From the IMG/VR virus record IMGVR_UViG_3300018080_000149, positions 1-64,000 of that record: a stretch of DNA of 64,000 nt; one strand, 5' to 3'. A model generated the notes under the pieces. That model was not told where the DNA came from and made no database searches. It saw only the letters and a list, made by a program, of their open reading frames with translations. The position numbers were made by a program, and so were the translations under genes. Shown here one piece after another: positions 58,578 to 64,000 of this stretch; position 1 is the first letter of the stretch; every line of letters begins with the position of its first letter. The DNA comes from a virus.

Positions 58578-58779
58578 GGCTTCACCGTGTCTTGTCGGAA
58601 CTTCAACCAAGAGTCACACACCTTGTCAAACCATGTGACGTGGACAGAGGCTAGGCGCTTCCACACCTTGAAATAAGGCGGGAACCTTTGCTCCAGGCGA
58701 ACAACGCCGGAACCTTCGTAGTGGATAAACCGAAACCGTCCAGGTTTGTCGGTCAACTCCCATGCTGTAACTCTAGCCA

Positions 58780-59118
58780 TCACATACCCCTCCTCATGAT
58801 AGGCTTAGGTGGGATCTTTGGGCTTGGCGGAGACTCTCCACCTCTGTAGTCGGAGAACCATACGGGCTTGAATGCGTCGTATGTTTCCCTGGACAACAGG
58901 TAGAAAGCTAGTCCGTTGATCGGAACCTTTTTCAAGTCGTCAACGGTCAGCTTTCTTCCGATGAGCTTTTCGAGGCACCCCAGGTGTAGGACACCGCCAC
59001 GCTTCTCCAAGCCTGACTCCTTCCACACAGAGTCAAGTACCATGTACTGCTCTGAGACGTAACCGCCACATTCGTTACAGTCCAGGTACTTATTGAACGG
59101 TCTGCGTTGTCTGCCCAT
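58780..59118 (-). CDS. small Cys/His protein
   Basis: CNEC...YMV...VW...LHLGCLEKLIGRKL. Confidence 0.6.
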   Translation of the reverse strand: MGRQRRPFNKYLDCNECGGYVSEQYMVLDSVWKESGLEKRGGVLHLGCLEKLIGRKLTVDDLKKVPINGLAFYLLSRETYDAFKPVWFSDYRGGESPPSPKIPPKPIMRRGM

Positions 59119-59579
59119 CAGAACGCCTCCTGGTCGTGTATCCCGAGTTTCTTCGCCACCTTCTCGGTGAACTGAGGTACGTGTATTGCTAGATAGGAAC
59201 AGATCCTCACGCGAGAATCCTTCATACCCGCCCCAGGGTACATCCTGGCCCAGGTCTCATACCTAGCGCACTCTTCGTGGTTCGGACACTCCTCGTCACA
59301 GTCCGAGACGCCAACACATCGGACACCAGCTTGGCGACCGTACCAGCCTCGTAGGACTGCATCTATCAGAATGGAGCCGAGTTCGTAGTGGTCCTGTGTG
59401 ATCTGACAAAAATCAAGTTGCGACTCCAGCTCCCGCTGGAGCCCCAGAGCCCTTCGTAGGCGAGAATCATTGTCTGGAAACTCCGATATATCATCCATGA
59501 TATTGCGGAGCCATTTATCCCAGGTAATGAACGGTCGTTCTACGAAAGGCTCTGGGACGACGTCTTTGGCTTTTGCCAT
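59118..59579 (-). CDS. hypothetical protein
   Basis: 153-aa coupled ORF. Confidence 0.55.
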   Translation of the reverse strand: MAKAKDVVPEPFVERPFITWDKWLRNIMDDISEFPDNDSRLRRALGLQRELESQLDFCQITQDHYELGSILIDAVLRGWYGRQAGVRCVGVSDCDEECPNHEECARYETWARMYPGAGMKDSRVRICSYLAIHVPQFTEKVAKKLGIHDQEAF

Positions 59580-59872
59580 CAGTCCTGGTAATCCTCGTCC
59601 TCTGGCTCCTCGGGCTTTAGCGTCGTCGCGATGGACGAGATCTCAACCCCAGAGACCGCTGGACGATTGGCGAACTGCGACATGACATCGGTGATCGTGT
59701 GACCCCCGATAGCCAAGCCTGTCAAACCGAGAACGAACGTCATGACCTGCTCAGACGTGAACGTCACCGTACCCGTCAAAGCGAAAGTCGTGAAGACCGC
59801 TGCGGCGAGAACCGTGTACCAGAACTTACGGCTCAGCCAGAAAACTCCCTCTTCGTTCTTTTGCTCGCTCAT
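59579..59872 (-). CDS. holin-like two-TM protein
   Basis: WLSRKFW start motif, two hydrophobic helices, charged C-terminus. Confidence 0.6.
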   Translation of the reverse strand: MSEQKNEEGVFWLSRKFWYTVLAAAVFTTFALTGTVTFTSEQVMTFVLGLTGLAIGGHTITDVMSQFANRPAVSGVEISSIATTLKPEEPEDEDYQD

Positions 59873-60248
59873 TGAGCTACCTCCCTCTTCTGTAGTAGGT
59901 CATCAACCATTAGACAACCAACCACGACCAAAACCGTCAGGAACATGCTTGTCAACCTCCACCTTTGGCGCTTGGGTAAGCGGATACCTAATATCGACCT
60001 CGTCCTCGTGGACAGTGCCGAACATAGCTTTCGTGAGATATGTAGTAGAAGGACCAGACAGTTTTGGCCTATCCTTCTTTGCCCATATAGGACACAACAA
60101 GTCAACACGCTTGGGGAACGTCACATCGCCCGTAACTGAGCGAAGTGCCCCATGGTATCTAAGAGTATTCCACGACCATTCATCGCAAATATCAATCCGA
60201 GGCGGCGGGACAGGGAACCAACCCATACCCAACACAGCGGAAAACAAT

Positions 60249-60599
60249 CTATTTGCGTTTGATCTTGATCGTGACACTCTTACCTCCCTGGCTTGGGTGG
60301 AGACCAGCTTTCATGAGTGCTCGTCTGTGTTCACGATAGGGCTTCAGCCCACACGTCATACAGATGAGATGGGGTTCGCCGCTTTGCCTTATCAACACAT
60401 TGAGGTAGCGCTTCTTACCACACAACGGACACCGACCATTTCGACATGGTGGTATCTCAAAGCTGCGATCTTTACGCCGGGCCTCTATACGCTGAATAAG
60501 CGCCCTCATCTCAGCCTTTGCCTCTTTCGAGGTTATGTTGACCGGATCAGGCTTCACGACGACCTTGACACGCTTGTTCTTGCGTATCGAGATCTTCAT
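60249..60599 (-). CDS. basic Zn-ribbon protein
   Basis: CPLC...CMTC; GGAGG SD. Confidence 0.6.
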   Translation of the reverse strand: MKISIRKNKRVKVVVKPDPVNITSKEAKAEMRALIQRIEARRKDRSFEIPPCRNGRCPLCGKKRYLNVLIRQSGEPHLICMTCGLKPYREHRRALMKAGLHPSQGGKSVTIKIKRK

Positions 60600-60676
60600 A
60601 GTACCTCCCTCATTACTAACTTACATGTCCTGGCGAGAGGGTATCACGAGAGGAAGTTACTGTGTAGGGAATACAC

Positions 60677-61411
60677 CTACCCTTCGTCAGCCTCTCTGCT
60701 AAGATTGGCCTTTCTGACCAAGTCGGCCACCTTGGAATGGTCCTGTGGGTTTGACTTGGCCAATGACTCTATGTGCTGGTAGACGACATCCATGTCGCCC
60801 TCTTCGATCCCAGTAGCGTGAGATGACGCGCCTTGTGCTTGAGACTGATTGACGTTCACTGTAACACCCTGTTGAGTGTCTGGGTCCGTCATAGCCATAG
60901 CCAAGCGTGCGTTGGCTTGAAACTCGCGACTGAATGTAGCGAAGTCCTGTACTGTTGGTTCCTCGGCTATCTTCTCAGCTAGTGCTCGTTCATTAGAAGG
61001 AAGGTTTGGATTATCAAGCGCCATCGCGGCCCGAGTACGAGCTATGAAGCGCTGACCAGCCATACCTGCGGAAGCGCTACTGATCTGAATAAGATTAGCG
61101 GCCCTCTCCGTCAGCTTCCCGTCTTGAATTTCTAGAGCTTTGTGCAGAATCCTGGCGCGTCGCCTGTACAGAGGCTCGATCTCCCTAGCGGGGTCGCCTT
61201 CCTCAATGTACTTATGTACTGTTGTGCGAGAAACTCCAAGTGTAGACGCTATAGCCCCCTCTGACATGTCCTGACAATAGAGGTCGAACATCTCCGCCAC
61301 TACATGTAGTGAGAGTTTGCGCCGCTTCTTTACCTCTGGAACGATCTTTAGCTTCACCTTCTTAGGCTTCGCCTCTTTGGGCTTCACCCTCGGTTTTATC
61401 TTTATCTTCAT
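60677..61411 (-). CDS. HTH DNA-binding protein (terminase-small-subunit-like)
   Basis: MSEGAIASTLGVSRTTVHKY HTH, helical middle, VTVNVNQ strand. Confidence 0.65.
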   Translation of the reverse strand: MKIKIKPRVKPKEAKPKKVKLKIVPEVKKRRKLSLHVVAEMFDLYCQDMSEGAIASTLGVSRTTVHKYIEEGDPAREIEPLYRRRARILHKALEIQDGKLTERAANLIQISSASAGMAGQRFIARTRAAMALDNPNLPSNERALAEKIAEEPTVQDFATFSREFQANARLAMAMTDPDTQQGVTVNVNQSQAQGASSHATGIEEGDMDVVYQHIESLAKSNPQDHSKVADLVRKANLSREADEG

Positions 61412-62186
61412 GTGCTACCCATTCGGCCATAGCCTCGACGTTATGAGGGTGTATACTCTCATAACTCGTTGCAGTGACTTCGACCCGTCTGGCTAGCTGT
61501 CCAACTCGTCGTATGCTGGCTTCTAGAGTGGCTCTGACCACGTCCTCGACGAACATGGGATTACTAAAGCCGTCGTCAACCACACGCTTTTCGTCTTCCC
61601 TGCGAAGTACAGAAAAGACAGGGGCGGAGCCTCTAACACTATCTACCAGCGATTCGAGCCAAACTGTATTAGGTGCAGACGATTCGGCCACAACGCTTAC
61701 ATCACAGCGTTGGGAGTGAGCGGCCACTCCTCCACTAAGTTCTAGACTGCAAGGACACACCGTCATAACGGGAACTGTAACGCCGGAAGTTGTTACTCCT
61801 GTAGTGCCGACAGACTCATACTCCAGAAATGCGGGAATGTACACCTCAAAAGGTATTCCCGACTCTGGGCTGGTCCTGTCAACGCGATACAGAAAGTCCA
61901 TCCTAGCCCTAGCAATCGCTGTGTCCATAGACTGTCGTAGCTGGGCCACCAAAGCGGGGAGAATAGGACTAGCCTTTCTCACGACCCTGAGCGCACGAAG
62001 GAAGCGACTCATATGAGCGCCTCTAGAGTAGCAACTCAGGTGAGCTGACATAGTGAACACAGCGTCTACGTGTTGATCTTTGCCCGTTTGTGACCTGAGG
62101 ATAATCCGCTTATGTACGGACTTCACTGTCACAACCAGAGGTATGCCCCTCTGATCGGATTCCGACTGTACGTCTGGTAGTTTCAT
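61362..62186 (-). CDS. folE2: GTP cyclohydrolase IB
   Basis: LPDVQ, RGAHMSRF, TVCPCS, HSQR, REDEK, NPMFVEDVVR, ESIHPHN. Confidence 0.93.
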   Translation of the reverse strand: MKLPDVQSESDQRGIPLVVTVKSVHKRIILRSQTGKDQHVDAVFTMSAHLSCYSRGAHMSRFLRALRVVRKASPILPALVAQLRQSMDTAIARARMDFLYRVDRTSPESGIPFEVYIPAFLEYESVGTTGVTTSGVTVPVMTVCPCSLELSGGVAAHSQRCDVSVVAESSAPNTVWLESLVDSVRGSAPVFSVLRREDEKRVVDDGFSNPMFVEDVVRATLEASIRRVGQLARRVEVTATSYESIHPHNVEAMAEWVAHEDKDKTEGEAQRGEA

Positions 62187-62192
62187 GGTTGC

Positions 62193-63263
62193 TCACGAGA
62201 AAAGGAAGTAGGCGTCGTAAAGCTCGCCGTTCCCAAAGGACGACACATCCAAAAGGATCTCGACCCGGTACATCTTTGTGGAACCAGTCTTTAGGTCACC
62301 AGGAGCCACACCAACAGGTATGACTGATGACACGACATTTGTCGGATTGGGTGTGCCTATGACGTTCACAAGAGAGTTTGTCACAACCTCACTGTCTGTA
62401 ATGTTGTACAATCTGGCGTCAATACGTGCGCTCCCGGTATCAGCTATCACAGCGCCAAACTGGACGTTTGTGAATGAGATACCCATAGACGCAAAATCTA
62501 ACGGCCTCATAAGAGCCACAATTGTCCAAAAGCCTACAGAATAGGCGGATTGTTGATTACAGAAAGGGGTACTGGACAACGGAAAGTGAACAGCAGGGTA
62601 CACACCACCACCGCCACCACCCGGTATTGTGACGTTGGCTTTACCACCCCCAGCATCGGAAGCTGTAACGCCAGCGCCAGTGAAGTTGATAGTGTCAAAA
62701 TTGCCAAGTGGCGAACCACCGTTCTCAACATCGACACCACCCCCGCCTCCGCCACCCAAAAGGGGCACAGCTTCACCGGAGCGAAGCTGGTACAGTATCC
62801 TCCATAATTCCTGCTGAGCGCCATGAACATTCTCGGCGCTGTAGTAGTCTTGCCAGTTAGCGTATGTCGCCTCGGAGAACGCTGGGAGGTCCCAGTCACA
62901 CAACTCGTCGCCCCAGCTTGCTGTCCCAAGCGATGGGAAAGAGACAGACGCGACGAGTATTTGGCTGCCTGGTGTGTCATCTCCCATGTCATTCACACGA
63001 AGCTGTACAACGTACCTACCGTATACATCGGCTTCAAGTTCTGCTGTTCTCGTGTTAGCGCCCGAAAGGACGGCTACCGAGCCGGGAGGAGATTCGAGTA
63101 ATGACCATTCGTACTTCACTGCCCCGACGTGTCCATCGTCGGAGTTTGTAAACACAATTGGTTCTGTATTTGTTGCGTGCAAGTCCAGCCCACGGGCTGA
63201 TTTCCCAGCCTGGCCAACCGGCCTTGGTGTGGTCTGAGTGATAACAATGTCAGCCTTGGGCAT
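62193..63263 (-). CDS. PKD/Ig-like structural-type protein
   Basis: YEWSLLESPPGS...ADVYGRYVVQLRVND; INFTGAGVTASD; poly-Gly linkers. Confidence 0.6.
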   Translation of the reverse strand: MPKADIVITQTTPRPVGQAGKSARGLDLHATNTEPIVFTNSDDGHVGAVKYEWSLLESPPGSVAVLSGANTRTAELEADVYGRYVVQLRVNDMGDDTPGSQILVASVSFPSLGTASWGDELCDWDLPAFSEATYANWQDYYSAENVHGAQQELWRILYQLRSGEAVPLLGGGGGGGVDVENGGSPLGNFDTINFTGAGVTASDAGGGKANVTIPGGGGGGVYPAVHFPLSSTPFCNQQSAYSVGFWTIVALMRPLDFASMGISFTNVQFGAVIADTGSARIDARLYNITDSEVVTNSLVNVIGTPNPTNVVSSVIPVGVAPGDLKTGSTKMYRVEILLDVSSFGNGELYDAYFLFS

Positions 63264-63271
63264 TTCGCCTC

Positions 63272-63946
63272 CTACGGATTGTTTACGTACTTGTGACCTT
63301 GAATAGACAGCCTCGGGCGGTAGCCTGTGATCTCTTCATAGATCTCAGCACAGCGCTTTACACCCTTCATAGCGTTCCACTCAATCGGCCACTGTGGCTG
63401 GAAGTACACCCTACTTGGGTCTGCACCAAAGTCTAGGACCTGACGCGCTATCCCCTCAGGGGACTCCCAATCACCGGGCACCACATACTTCAAGTGATAT
63501 CGTCCTGGGTCTTCCATGTATCGGACAGGAAAACCGGCCTTCGGCGATATGACTGTGTGGTGGTTCAACAGAGCTTGTATTGCAGACGAGCGCGGTTTGA
63601 CACCGTTCGTCTCTATCAGAATCTTCGGCGGCTCAGAAGTAACAAACTGCTTCTGGTATTTACTAAGTACCCGTACTAGTGAGTCGTCTATGTACAACGT
63701 GGGCTCACCGCCAGTCAACAGAATGTGTCTATACTTGGATGGTAATTGCACTTCGAGCCCGGAGATGGAAAGTCTCCTGTCAGCCGCGAGCCCGTAGTCA
63801 CTCCTAGCGTCGGGCTGGTCACACCACGAGCACGTAAGGTTACACCCGGCGAACCGGATAAGCCAGATCGCTAGACCAGCGTGTGGCCCTTCGCCTTGCC
63901 AAGTATCTGCCATCTCTATGACAGGATACTTTTTCACTATTCTCAT
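63272..63946 (-). CDS. queE: 7-carboxy-7-deazaguanine synthase (radical SAM)
   Basis: QGEG, RFAGCNLTCSWCD, TGGEP, ETNG, SPK, RLSIQGHK. Confidence 0.93.
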   Translation of the reverse strand: MRIVKKYPVIEMADTWQGEGPHAGLAIWLIRFAGCNLTCSWCDQPDARSDYGLAADRRLSISGLEVQLPSKYRHILLTGGEPTLYIDDSLVRVLSKYQKQFVTSEPPKILIETNGVKPRSSAIQALLNHHTVISPKAGFPVRYMEDPGRYHLKYVVPGDWESPEGIARQVLDFGADPSRVYFQPQWPIEWNAMKGVKRCAEIYEEITGYRPRLSIQGHKYVNNP

Positions 63947-63962
63947 GGTTCGGCCCTCGCAG

Positions 63963-64000
63963 AAAAAGGATGGGGCGGACTCGTCGGGTCAAAACGAGTC
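63963..64000 (-). terminator. probable terminator upstream of queE (cut by window edge)
   Basis: + strand AAAAAGG-A-TGGGGCGGACTCGT...ACGAGTC; same style as 22662-22720. Confidence 0.5.

Noticed and set aside
59742-60782. 346-aa plus-strand ORF (likewise 43603..44460, 31481..32212 and other + ORFs)
   Set aside because: Antisense shadows of well-supported minus-strand genes, with no recognisable motifs

Overview
This is a 64-kb segment of a large contractile-tailed (myovirus-type) phage genome, with essentially all real genes on the minus strand. In transcription order (right to left) it holds: (1) a metabolic/accessory block with queE, folE2, a MazG/PRA-PH-like NTPase, thyX, a holin-like protein and a signal-peptide lytic transglycosylase; (2) terminase and portal; (3) large Lys-rich probable internal head proteins, interrupted by a kamA-queC-queC-like cluster and an S66 peptidase; (4) prohead protease, scaffold, major capsid, neck, sheath, tube, tail chaperones, tape measure, baseplate and fibre genes, ending at a terminator near 3.9 kb; (5) a non-coding control region with a 29-unit CCAGGG(G) tandem repeat; (6) an array of small genes (1-3.3 kb). 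The most striking structure is in that array: eight miniature tRNA-like elements punctuate the genes. They keep an acceptor stem, a TTCRANY T-arm and (where visible) a CCA-like end, but have no canonical anticodon arm, and several sit directly in front of the next ribosome-binding site. A 17-bp palindrome, TGATC-N7-GATCA, occurs at least 27 times across the window. It often overlaps stop/start junctions and forms arms of two of the tRNA-like elements. The 1884-aa protein appears to carry a split sigma70-like domain. All calls come from motif reading by eye; no database searches were run.
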